A stretch of 63,594 nucleotides of DNA, counting the filler, from Choristocarpus tenellus KU-1152 (lineage: Eukaryota; Protista; Phaeophyceae): assembly GCA_964200185.2 (NCBI GenBank). It is 11 parts of 11 records of this genome, joined end to end, with 100 filler letters (N's around TTAATTAATTAA, not from the genome) between each part and the next. Parts side by side here need not be neighbours in the genome. Positions count along the whole stretch, not along the records: positions 12,331 to 16,990 come from CAXNAD020013579.1; positions 17,091 to 25,457 come from CAXNAD020004801.1; 9 more parts are not named here. One strand, given 5' to 3'. Shown one piece after another: positions 12,437 to 23,800 of this stretch. Every line of letters begins with the position of its first letter. Position 1 is the first letter of the stretch. The notes below the pieces were generated by a model. The model ran no database searches and had not been told where the DNA came from. It was given only the letters and a program-made list of their open reading frames with translations. Position numbers and translations under genes: made by a program.

Positions 12437-14179
12437 ATTACAGTGCATTAACTGCATACTTCGCAGAAACGTTTGGAGTGGCCTGATGAGGATGCCTTTT
12501 TGCAGACTTAATTTTCGAACATCCAGGATAGCATCTTTCAGGGAACTCTCTGGCTATGAGGCAGGATGGAGGCATTCCCTTCTTCTCTAATATCCTTGAA
12601 TACGCAGCTGACTCTGGCATGAGTGTGTTACTAATTCTTCCACTTTTGAAGGGTTTACTGACTATTCGCAATGTATCTCTTCTCACCATGGTAGCTTTCG
12701 TTTCGATTACCATAAATAGTATGTTGGATATGCACCCTAAACGCGATCTACTGTCATTTGCTCTAATTCAGAAGAGTATCTCTTTTGGAAGAATAATTCA
12801 AACTCATGCCTGTTGAAGAAATACCTCACTTCCACAGAAGGTCCCACTTTCCTCTAAGCTCTTTTGCTGGGAATAGGCAATATGTACTGTATAATTTTCA
12901 ATAGCATGCTTTCCTCATCTTTGAGGGGGTACTGATGAATCGGAAAGTGGTAATTGTGAAGATGTTTTCTTTCTGGAAGAATGAAGGACTTAGCTTACAA
13001 CTTTGTTTCCACACCCTGTTAGTTTGAAGTATGTAGGTAATGTCAACATGTAGGCGGAACTATAGTCGGAAGAGAAAGTAAAGCTCTTCTGTGCTTTGCC
13101 TACTGCAGCTAAGATACGGTAGTACGGTTTCTATTCACTTCCACTATCCCACCTGTCCTTCTTGCTCTTTATTGATTGTTGCCAGGATTAGTAGTAGCAG
13201 AAAAACAAAAACATTTACTCTGGAGTGTATATTAGCAATGGCAATACTTTGAACAAAGACTGAGGGGGTCTAGGGGGCTGCAAGGGCAGTGCCTTATTAT
13301 ATTAATATTGGCCTGAAGAAATATTTGTGTGACTATCAGGTAGAAAGTACTGTGCGTTCGTACACATATCCATGCTGCCTAAATCTTATAGGTACAAATG
13401 TCGAGAAAAATTGTATGTAGTTTTTATCGGGCGGTGGTCTTTTTTCTTCAAATATCAAATTTATTGGGTTTTTTTTTTAAACGTTTCTTCCTGTTTCATG
13501 GGTTACAGGCATACAAGCTTTCAAATAAGTTGTGTTTTACTTTGAGTATATCCTTGTTTGCCTTGTTAGGTCCAAGTTGTTGAACTGGAAACACTAAGTA
13601 AGATCAACTGAAGGAGCAAGGGTGTTTGTCTCTTGTGTGGGTATATAGCTGTTGCAGACCATAGTAAATTCGAGGGGGGGTCAGCCGTCCATACGGATCC
13701 TGTGTGAACCTGTAATTTTTTCCATGTCAAATGGGTGAAAGTTTCAGAGGTAAAGGTAATTTCCTTCATTTGAATACGCCTTCCTTTCCTATATCCCTGC
13801 CTGGACCAAATCCAAAGGATAATCATTCGCACAATGGGCATCAAACCGGGATATTTTTCAACAACCCATCAAGCCCCGAATGGACAAACTGTGTGCTGTG
13901 CGAGCTAGGTAGGTGTTGCTCGCATACACCATGCAGTACCACAACATCAGCAATGGGTAGACTGCATTCTGCATGTTCCCCCCTGTTGTTCATATTCCTT
14001 TTTTTTCATAAGATGCATACTGCTTCTTTTTAAAACCAAATATTACACTGCTTAGGAATGTTTCGGACAAGGTCATCCAGGAAGTATTTTTTCTTCTCTG
14101 ATGCTAGCTTCTATAGTACTATGAATATTTCCTTGATTTCGATGGAATTTATTAATCCATGAACATGAGTCGCAAATAA

Positions 14180-15814
14180 TCATTCGTATACAGGCCTTGC
14201 AGCTTCTGACTCTGCAGATACCACCCCGAGCCCATTGGTCCCATCCTGTGCCTTGCGTGTCCCCCTACATCTTGAATGCCGCCTAGTGCTGTCACTACCC
14301 CCTTCCCTCCTCTTATGTCGTCGAAACCTCGCCTGGCCAATACAGCGACCCCTTGCACTGCTGAATCTCTTTTTCCTTGACCGAGGAGGTCGCGGACAAC
14401 CTTGAAGTTCCCTTCTTTCACCTAAATCTTCACCATCATCAGGAATGGCAGCAGCAGGGTCAGCAAGAGAATCTGATTTCCCCCTGCAGCCGTGTCGAAC
14501 TTCGCTACGGTGCTCTCGGTTGTAGCGCCTCTCTCGGAATCCCTCCATTACTCTTTTTGTCACTGCCTCCACCGAAAGTTCTGATGCCCTCCACTGCAGG
14601 TGCAGTGCCCTTATCCTTTCTCCTTGATCGGAAATCTCAGGGATTCCTGGTCCCATACATTGTTCGCCTTCCGTGTCCATGTCTCTGACTTGGCAATTTC
14701 TACTCTGTTTCTTAAGGGGACATTCATGTGGGCTATTCACGTGGTTGTTTCCTGGTGGGACGACAGTAGGTGTTGGTGGACTGCTAGACCTGTCACTTCT
14801 ATTCCTGACTTGACCATAACCACTATTGATCCCTTTAATTGCTGGTGTTGGATGTAATGTAGCAATGCTAGATCTGAAAAATAATCGCGCTAAGTGCGCC
14901 AGGCTTGGCATTCTTAGTATGCCTCCCATGTCATTAGCGTATGCAACCTCATTTTCGCGCAGTCCCTGTCCCTGCTCTTGACCTTTACCCGAGCTCTCCT
15001 CCTTGGCAAATGGGTTGCCAACCGAAGTGCCTGATGAATTGCTGCAACGGAAACCTCGTATACGATTATGACTACGTCCTGGGGTGTGTGGCACCCTGGT
15101 AATCGCAAATGGTAGTGTTTTGCAGTATGCGACTTCTGTGCCTCCTGCTCCTGCAACTCCCCATGAACCTGCTCCTAGAACTGAATTTTTGGTTGGATTG
15201 GGGATTTCCTTCGATGTGTGTGAGGTCAGTATGGGAGCAAGCCTCATTGATGGTGCAGAAATTGGGCGGCGAGTAGTCCCCCCCCGTTCCCTAGGCTGGA
15301 CAGGAGGTGCAGCTCCTTGCTTTTTATGAGCAGAGTCATGCAAGTTTTTACGGCATGGGGGGATAGAGGGCGATGCACTCTTTGGCCACTCGAGGCTAGA
15401 CTTGTAAGAATAAAAGCCGTGAGACCATGGCGGTCGTTGGGCAACGTCATTACAGGTCACCACCAGCTGTTCACTTGTTGTGCTATTCAGCAGTGCTTCC
15501 TTTTCTGTGAGTCGTCCTGTTTGCCCCTCTGTAAGGAGGAGCTTTCGGCCGTGTCGGCGTATTTGCTTGCAAAGTCGATACAGAGCAGGGTTATTTCGTG
15601 CGCGCCCAAACACAGAAAGGCGCTGCCAGGACCGCTTTTTGCGTTCAAGGCGCCACATTTCGATGTCACCTAAGCTACCATCTGGTGCGCAGGTGGCTAA
15701 AGTGTCTGTGAGTTCCTTCTCAGTCATAAGGTTTACCCACCTTGTCAACTCTTTGTCCTTCCTTTGGATTGCCCCCTTGATATCTTCACTTGCTTGCCTC
15801 CTGCGGTCCATCAT
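14180..15814 (-). CDS. Large exon of an uncharacterised protein; possible upstream exon ~16537-16375
   Basis: 544-codon open frame starting directly after the pyrimidine-rich acceptor ttccttcag. An in-phase upstream exon ending RYLRKE|gtactg is plausible. No domain recognised; much of it is low-complexity. Confidence 0.55.
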   Translation of the reverse strand: MMDRRRQASEDIKGAIQRKDKELTRWVNLMTEKELTDTLATCAPDGSLGDIEMWRLERKKRSWQRLSVFGRARNNPALYRLCKQIRRHGRKLLLTEGQTGRLTEKEALLNSTTSEQLVVTCNDVAQRPPWSHGFYSYKSSLEWPKSASPSIPPCRKNLHDSAHKKQGAAPPVQPRERGGTTRRPISAPSMRLAPILTSHTSKEIPNPTKNSVLGAGSWGVAGAGGTEVAYCKTLPFAITRVPHTPGRSHNRIRGFRCSNSSGTSVGNPFAKEESSGKGQEQGQGLRENEVAYANDMGGILRMPSLAHLARLFFRSSIATLHPTPAIKGINSGYGQVRNRSDRSSSPPTPTVVPPGNNHVNSPHECPLKKQSRNCQVRDMDTEGEQCMGPGIPEISDQGERIRALHLQWRASELSVEAVTKRVMEGFRERRYNREHRSEVRHGCRGKSDSLADPAAAIPDDGEDLGERRELQGCPRPPRSRKKRFSSARGRCIGQARFRRHKRREGGSDSTRRHSRCRGTRKAQDGTNGLGVVSAESEAARPVYE

Positions 15815-16595
15815 CTGAAGGAATTAAAAAAAAAATGTGTTTTGGCTCTGCACTAGTGCAAGCATGCATTACGTACGTCTTTTCCATTGAGACAGGGATG
15901 TATGCTTCATGTTCATTGTGAAGTATGTACTGGAACGTGGATTGACAGAAATGGATATCACCAGCTAACTGCAACCCACAATCGTACCGAAGTGTCACAG
16001 CCTCGATAATATGATAATACTTTATCTTTTGGTTCGCCTTCATGAAATCTACTGTGTTTTAGCTGAATATTGTTAAGTCTAAATATATTTATTGAGAGAT
16101 ATGACAACTTTCATAAGAAGAAACACTATCCTAAAGCAATTTGGTTCAAGAAAAATCGATTTCAAGACCAAGAGTTGTTACATGCATTAATGAAATACCT
16201 ACAGCAGAAGGAAGAACAAACCACTCATTGCGATATATCAAAACATACATGCAGATCTACAGTCAACAATAAGGATGGTAAGAGGGCAATAGCTCGTGAT
16301 CCTCCCCTGGCCAGCACTTTACATTCAAGGCTACATACTGCCTATCTATAGGGTACATTTTGACTCCTCAGTACCTCTTTTCGGAGGTATCGAACAGTAT
16401 CCTCATGATGATCTTTCTTCCCCGCCACAACCAGTGCGCTACTTCCTGGCAAAGATTGTCGTTGCTGTTGGATGTTGTCCACTGTCCCAGCCTGAGAACC
16501 CATGTGACGCCATTGGGGCAGGGGGGGAATGGGGGGCCTGATGGATAGAAATTATTTCCTTTTGAAGGACTTGTGACTAAGGAATGGCAGTCACT

Positions 16596-16830
16596 GAGTA
16601 AAAGTATCGTAGAGGGTACGAGTTTTGCCCTGATTGTCCGTTTGGGGCTTGGCTTCCCACCAGTTTTTTAAGAAATTTCCTATTCCGAAATGTTTCGGAA
16701 TTGGTAAAATGTGTACGTTTTAGAGTAGGTTCACGTATAAAACTATGGAATGGTGTGTCTGGAACAAGGATATTGACACTTCCTCACAAACACGATGGGC
16801 AAAATTACACCAAAATCGCAACATTGGATT
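16596..16830 (+). mobile_element. MITE subfamily A interrupted by a subfamily B copy
   Basis: GAGTAAAAGTATCGTAGAGGGTACGAGTTTTGCCC...CGCAACATTGGATT, followed directly by the B terminus GGCTCAAAGTATCT. Confidence 0.85.
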
Positions 16831-16990
16831 GGCTCAAAGTATCTTGGGGGGGGGGGTGGCGGCTGTCCATTTGGGACCAATTTTTTCATATCGCGAATTT
16901 TGGGTGATTTGGTTCCATACATTGGATGGATAATTAAAGTGCACATTTTCTGGTTTTGGTCCAAATGAACACTCTGGTGTAGATCCCCCC
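16831..16990 (-). mobile_element. MITE subfamily B nested in a subfamily A copy, cut by contig end. Other partial B copies at 7983-8007, 35907-35971, 36506-36533, 53010-53079, 53180-53194
   Basis: GGCTCAAAGTATCTTG(n)TGGCGGCTGTCCATTTGGG... is the reverse complement of 11830-12013. Confidence 0.88.
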
Positions 16991-17434
16991 NNNNNNNNNN
17001 NNNNNNNNNNNNNNNNNNNNNNNNNNNNNNNNNNTTAATTAATTAANNNNNNNNNNNNNNNNNNNNNNNNNNNNNNNNNNNNNNNNNNNNGCTGAATCCC
17101 AGATTTCTTGCAAGAGATTCGATCCCCTTCTTCCCCCAGCCCCCCCCCCCTTTTTTTTGCATGATTGATTATCTATGAATCAACAAGAACATTTTGTACA
17201 CAAATAGAGTGTCGCTTCTTCTGTTGAGATGCCTGCCTTTGTCTCGTCGTCATCGGGTAGTGACCTACTTCCGTGCCCTGGTACATTGTTGCAGAGGTAG
17301 TAGATGTGATGTGCTGCAAGAAGTAGGACGGTGATATCCTGTCTTGGGAGCATGTCGACTTGAAGACATTATCATGACCCTCTTGACACAGTCGGTGTGC
17401 AAAGATGGACATACCAAGTGTCCCCTATTTATTT

Positions 17435-17750
17435 TGTGTGTACTCTATTGTGTGATACTCTACTGTGTAGTACTCTACTGTGTGGTACTCTATTGTGTGG
17501 TACTCTACTGTGTGATACTCTACTGTGTGGTACTCTACTGTGTGGTACTCTACTGTGTGATACTCTACTGTGTGATACTCTACTGTGTGGTACTCTATTG
17601 TGTGGTACTCTACTGTGTGATACTCTACTGTGTGGTACTCTACTGTGTGGTACTCTATTGTGTGGTACTCTACTGTGTGATACTCTACTGTGTGGTACTC
17701 TATTGTGTGGTACTCTATTGTGTGGTACTCTACTGTGTGGTACTCTACTG
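17435..17750 (+). repeat. 15-bp minisatellite (TGTGTGGTACTCTAC) x ~21
   Basis: Directly visible, with variants at two positions (G/A and C/T). Confidence 0.97.
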
Positions 17751-19879
17751 CTTGTAAAGAAGTGGTGCGCACTCTGGACGATGTAGTGCTTGCCTAGCGA
17801 GACTTGAACGTGTTCGCCCTTTGATTGGTGAAGGTTATAGAGGAAGCGGACTGGCGTGCTTTGTCAGTGGCAACATATGTTCCAGAGCAACGTGGATCCA
17901 ACTGTTGCAGGGCAGTGCTGCCGGAGCGTTGAGCTCTTGAGTTGACGAGGGTTAGGGATGCGTCACGGGACTCTTTGAGTTGACAGTGGTGCAGATTTAG
18001 AATGGTTTTGGGCGTCTTCGTCTTTGTTTGGGATGGATACGCATGTACCTTGTTTCGGAACCAAGATCTTTTTCCTAGTTCACTACAGCATCGATGAACC
18101 GAAAACATCATTTATTTTATTTTATTTTATGTTGAAGGTGGCACCGATGATTCGGATTCGGGGAGTATTGCTCTGTATTTATTTATTTATTTATTTATTT
18201 ATGAATCCCTACGGACTTTTTTCCTTGCAGCGTGAAGTGAGAAATGTCAATATCTGCAATGTACGAGATGGATTGAGATGAAGTACTCCCATTGAATTGA
18301 TGCGGCGAGAGTGATTGTTTTGGACTGCCAAAAAAAAATTAAATCAATTATTGCTCCCGGTGAAGTACAGGGGGGGGGGGGTCAGCAGGACAGTCTGTAA
18401 GGTATATTACTGATGTTATTCGCTAAGCACATCTTACCATTGTTGTTTTTTTATTAGTCACACTGTCCGTTGACAAAGTCGCAACCCTGTTGGCATCCCT
18501 ACCATGTTCCCTTTTTGCCCCCCTTGATGTTGACCTCCTTCCCCTGAGACCTTTTTACATTGCCTTCCCCAACAATAATACTGTTTTAAGGGTAGGGCTA
18601 GAAGTTTGCAACTATTGGTCGAATGCCATGCCCCATGTGTTGTGCTGTGTGTGTATGGGAAGAGGGCTAGTTGCGCATTCTTTGTTGTCAATATTTGAAA
18701 CAATTTATTTTCTTCACAGACACACGCCTCCGTTTGATTAGAGCCCCTGCTTTGCCCCTGCTGTCTTCTCCCCCGTGCCCTTTGTCTTGCTCTCGTGTAT
18801 TCAAATGTCATTATGTACGCAAATTCAAATCCGTTTTCCGAACAGATACGGGATGATGAGTACCTTGTAGGAGTTGAGCTGGAAAACAGACTTTCCAATG
18901 AACAGAGTCAATGATACTTTTAAGTGCTGGTGTGGGAACTTGGTTGTGAAGCATTTGAGCTTCTGGCGTGTGCTGCTTTTATCTCTTGGATGAATTGGTT
19001 GGTCCTATAGTCATGATGAGGCGTGTTCTGTCTGGTGTGTCCGAGTGTGCTGAGGTCTCATTTTTTTTTTGTATGACACTCTGAGCAGGGTCTATGAACT
19101 TTTTTTTTGTTTTGCTTTCTTGTTAACTGTTGTAGAGTAGGCAATGTTTGTGTATTTTATATGTTTTTGATGCCAGTAACTCCTCTCCTTTTTATAGGGT
19201 AAAGAGGCCAATCTATCGGTAGTATAGTATTTTGCTTGGGAAACCCTGCAGTGGGAGAACAAGCCGACAAGGTTGAGCCCCAGAGCATCACTCCATGTCA
19301 AATTGTAGTGGTCCACCACCATCTATGCTACATTAAAGTGTTGTGGAGGCGTTTTGCATTTCTTCATAGTGTGTAGCCTCTGCGCCAACATGAATGTGTG
19401 ACTTTCTATGGCAGCTTAATTTTGGAGGAGTGTGAAAGGCTAGATGCAAAAATATCCTCCGATGAGATGATGGCGGTGTGCCTTTAAGGTGTGATGAATG
19501 GTATGATGTGTTGATATACCGACCAGTTGGCGTTCTCTCTGTACAACATTCCCGTATCAGCCATTTTTTTTGCTCGTCCAATTTGTTAAAGAGGTGAGTC
19601 AAAGTAACCGTTTTTTCTGGAGCTGATTACTACTGTCGATGTAATATCTACTGGGTATGATCATATGCTTCCTCCGTTCGGAATTGAATGTAACGTAACT
19701 CTTGCAGTCCCGATCAAGACACAAGGTCTTTTTTCACATGTTCGTGTTTATTAGTGTATTGCCCAGACACTAAAAGGTTGCACACCAAAATATCGAGCGA
19801 AATGGTGCAGCCTACACCTTTCTGTTATTCTGCCCCCGAAGCCTTCCGAAACTCCATTCCAACACAAGATTTCGCCACA

Positions 19880-20760
19880 TCTACCAGGGAGCTTACCCAC
19901 TTTCTCAGTCTTTTCCTCGCTAGGTGGGGAATTTTGAAGACATTGACACCCTTGGACCCCAGCACTTCGCCATAGACTGCAAGAAGGCTCTGCTAGACGC
20001 GCTCTGGTGTCTCCTAGGGGTACACATCGAAAGCCTCCATTGTGGTCTCTACCAGTTCCTCTGTTTTGGTCACCCCCACGTCTTCCAACAGCCGATTTCA
20101 AAAATTGGGGATGGAGCTTTTCGTTGAGGATGGGCTTGACCCAAAATTGACTGGGATAAAGTGTCAATATTTATTTTTTTTATTGTACATTGTTGGATTG
20201 AAGTTGAAGTTGAAGTTGAAGTTTCACCCTCTGTTCCTTTCATCTGTTGATTAATACAAAAAAAAACATATCGACACTTTATCCCAGTCAATTTTGGGTC
20301 AAGCCCATTCTCAATTTTTGAAATCGGCTGTTTTCCTTCAGTTACTGGTTGGAATGAAAGAATCCCAGGTCATTGTCGTTAAGATCCTGTGAGTTGGCCG
20401 ATAGGGTATATATAGGAATGTTATCCCCCGCCACCTCCTCAATTGACTCCGTGATCCCCCCCTTGGTGTGTGGCTTTTCCATGTCCTGCTCCACGAAGAT
20501 GGTGCATCCTTCCAGCCTGGGCATGTGGGTCTTCATTGCCAGCATGACCTCCTCAATCATGACCTTCTTATACCTTCCCCGTTCACTGTGACTGACACAA
20601 GCACCTTGGTGCACTTGTACTGATAGGACATCCCAAGTGTCAAGGGGCCACATCACCCCTTGCGACCTCATACAAGGTCCATGCATTCACCCAGAGGTAT
20701 CTGAGTCTTGCGCCCTCTTGCCTCTAGGCATTGTGCTACCATACCGTTCTTCGTCAGGAT
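19880..20760 (-). pseudogene. Tc1/mariner (plant/oomycete mariner-like) transposase pseudogene split by a foldback insertion
   Basis: EQDMEKPH...SANSQDLNDNDLGFFHS matches QQDNAKPH...QPANSPDLNxxDLGFF. The frame continues past the insertion as LKEDVGVTKTEELVETTMEAFDVYP*...GSKGVNVFKIPH, with internal stops. Confidence 0.85.
20087..20332. mobile_element. Foldback/MITE with long TIRs (AACAGCCGATTTCAAAAATT...) and 4-bp TSD TTCC
   Basis: Arms ~20087-20170 and ~20268-20332 are reverse complements apart from an insertion in the left arm. TTCC flanks both sides. Confidence 0.88.
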
Positions 20761-21749
20761 GTTTGAGTCAAGACCTTGGACAGACTTCTGGGCTGAAGAA
20801 TTGGGACCGCCACGTGATGACAGGATGAGCGAGCCGCTCAAACAACAAGGGGCGTTCGCCCTAGGCATCCCAATAAACTACCCTTTCAACAGTTTTACGA
20901 GGTTTTTGAACCCTGTCACTTTCGACTTGGTCGAATTTGCACTGGTGAACCTCCACAGTCATGACAGTCCACCATCTAAAACATTGCACGCCTCCTAAAT
21001 TATATGAGAGGATTCATCACCTGGATCGTTCCCAGCCAAGAACAGAGCTTGCAAAAGTTATGTTACATTTAATTCCGAACGTAGGAAGTGTTAGTTGTCG
21101 CACTTCAGTCCTGGGACTATCCCAAACTGTGACCAAAGGTACTACAAACTGCACTACTTCTCAAAATAAGTACTGGTTAAAGGTTGCACTCCAATTTATT
21201 GAATTGCCTCTGTTCCTACCTGCTTCTGGCGCGTTGTGTTCAGCCTCCCACTGTACGTCACTCTATCTCTTCCCTTGAATCTTGTCACAGACCCACCTCG
21301 AAGTTTGCACTTCGATCTTGGCCCAGCATTTTTTTGGTATAGCCACAGACAGGATATTAGAGGACAGGTGTACATTGCTGCCACTTTCCTCGTATCCACT
21401 TCCAAATCAGTTCTGCTAATTTCCACGTACCCAGTACCAAACCGATGAGACCACTTTTTGCGTATCCCTTCCACACCACTACGGCTGACTTCCATGTATC
21501 CATTTCCACACCAGTGCTGCCAATTTCCGCACATCCGCTTCCACACCAATGCGGTCAATTTCCGCGAATCCGCTCCCACACCAATCCTCCCAAAACACTC
21601 CACTACCTCTATGACAATCCACATTCCTCCACATACATACCGTGTTTTTGAAATGGAAAATATCTACCCTGCCCGAGCTTGACCCACTTGCGTCGGTGTT
21701 GTATCTAGTTCCAAGCCACTACCTCTTTTCCCAGTAGCCTCCAGTCCGT

Positions 21750-23800
21750 ACTACTCTCTGCTAAGCCCTCTTGATACCCACACTGGATCCCTCAGGTAGT
21801 CTTCATGTACATCATTAAGGTTCCTAACATCTATCTCTCCCCCTTCTGTACGACTAGTTCAAGTACCCCTATAGTGGCCACCCTTGTTGTTCCCCCGATC
21901 CTGCCTCAGTGTGTACTGCAATCCTCTGATTTTAGCCTGAGTTCTCTTGCTATTCTTCAAAGCGCAGATGCCTAGTCCCTCGTGATCATCTCCACCTCGA
22001 ATAATCTTGTTGGTTCTCGTTAATATTGGTCTCCCTGTTCTAGGCTGATTCCCAGTCTGTTTGATATATTTCTGTGTCTTCCCAGGTAAGTGGAACAATA
22101 GTCTAGTGTGGTGAGTTAAACAGCCAAGAAAGTGCTTGTGAAAAGTAGGAGAATTGTTTGTGTGTGTGTGTGTATATCTTGCCCCTAACTGTACCAACTT
22201 GGTTGCCCTCGATCACAAAACGAAGACACATATACTCTACCCCTACGTCCACCTCTATCTTCACAACTACTAAGGTCAAGCCAAACACTCAAGTTCATAT
22301 ACGTGTACAAACTCTACCCACTGCTCTCAAGCCCCAATAGAGTGAAGGAAAAGGAGGTGTTCTATGGGCAGTTGGAGGTTCAAGAAGGTGTGCTGTTAAG
22401 TATAGGATTTTAGACCTCTTGCCCATTACTGTGCCAACTCGGTTGCCCTCGCTCACAGAATGAAGACACATAAACTCTACCCCTACGTTCACTTCTAACT
22501 TCCCGATTGCTAGGGTCAAACCAAATACTCAAGTTCCTGTATATATTATGTTCTAATTGCTTTTATGGCATAGATATAGGAAGTGTTGTGAGGACAGTTG
22601 GAAGGTCAAGAAAGTGTTTGTGGGAGAATTAGATTACAGATATCTTGCACCTTACTGTACCAACTCAGTTGCCCTTAATTCCAGAATAGAATACACATAT
22701 TCTACCCCTTCTATCATCTCTCTTGACTGCTGGGGTCAAACCAAATACTCAAGCCCCTTTATGTACTAAGCTTTAGAATATTAATCATGAGAGGGAATAG
22801 CCGATCCTCTGGTATGCTTGGCTGTAGGCCACCCAATTGCCATATCCTCTCTTCCTCACCCAAGGATTACTCGTGACATTTAATCTGTGAACCAGAGTAG
22901 TGAAGGTTAATTTGGTTAGTGTCCATATGTCACCTAGACATTCCATCTACCTTCATTACTCCTGGTATGTGTCCTGCCATGGACCAAACCCTTCTCATCT
23001 CATGTACCCTCATACTCCAACATCGGTCTTGGCTACCTTCTTTCCCTATCCTAAGAACTCTAGCTCTCGATCGCCATGCTGTAATCTTATCACATCTGAC
23101 CTCTCTCTTCCGTTGCTCTGCCTAGCCAACTCCATATCTGGTGTATTCCCAACAGGTATACCAGCGGCTGAAAGAAAAAGAACTAGACGGAGCAGACCTT
23201 ATAGGACCTGAGAACCAGTTTTCTCCACACTACTCAAATATCTCTACATAACCTACACCTGCACTAGCCCAACCTTTACTATAGTATCCGTGGATGATGG
23301 AGGTATCATACCACCTTAGTATCCTGTGCACTTGTTATCAGGTTCTACCACCCCTATATTAAATATCACTTCAGAGTCTCTGACTACACACGCACTCATT
23401 GTATACCCCAACCTTGGCAACTCCATAGCCCATATGCTATATATGTAGAACCGTATTACAAGTCACCTGGGATTAGTAGTTTGTTCGGCAAGCAGTATCG
23501 GAATTCTCATGATAGTCCCCCACTATCGTTCTGGCATATGGAGTCATGAATGCTTCTCACCTTGGAAGGTTTCTGAACACCACATAGCAGTCACCACCTT
23601 CATCTTGATATCTTGTGTGCAATAATGCTGGAGGGGGCCAATACCCTACATTGTACTACGTCCTATACTACCTTCCACTCTTGCACTCCTTCCTAGTGAA
23701 CTCGCACCGCTGTGATTCTCATACCCCAACCTACCCTTTCCCCAACACACACACTTACTAAGCAACTCACTGATCACCATCGCCTCGAGTATGTTAAAAA
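21750..23800 (-). mobile_element. Degenerate DIRS/Ngaro-type tyrosine-recombinase retrotransposon
   Basis: RNase H end GHIPGVMKVDGMSR (~22980-22930; consensus HIPGVxNxxADxLSR). YR N-terminal GNQVGTVRGKI. YR box II-like STH*GRIGGTTRVATIGVLELVVQKGER*...MMY (~21930-21800). Heavily mutated; boundaries approximate. Confidence 0.65.

Noticed and set aside
17344-17786. Repetitive ORFs or a CRISPR-like array
   Set aside because: A pure tandem minisatellite with no spacers and no cas genes.
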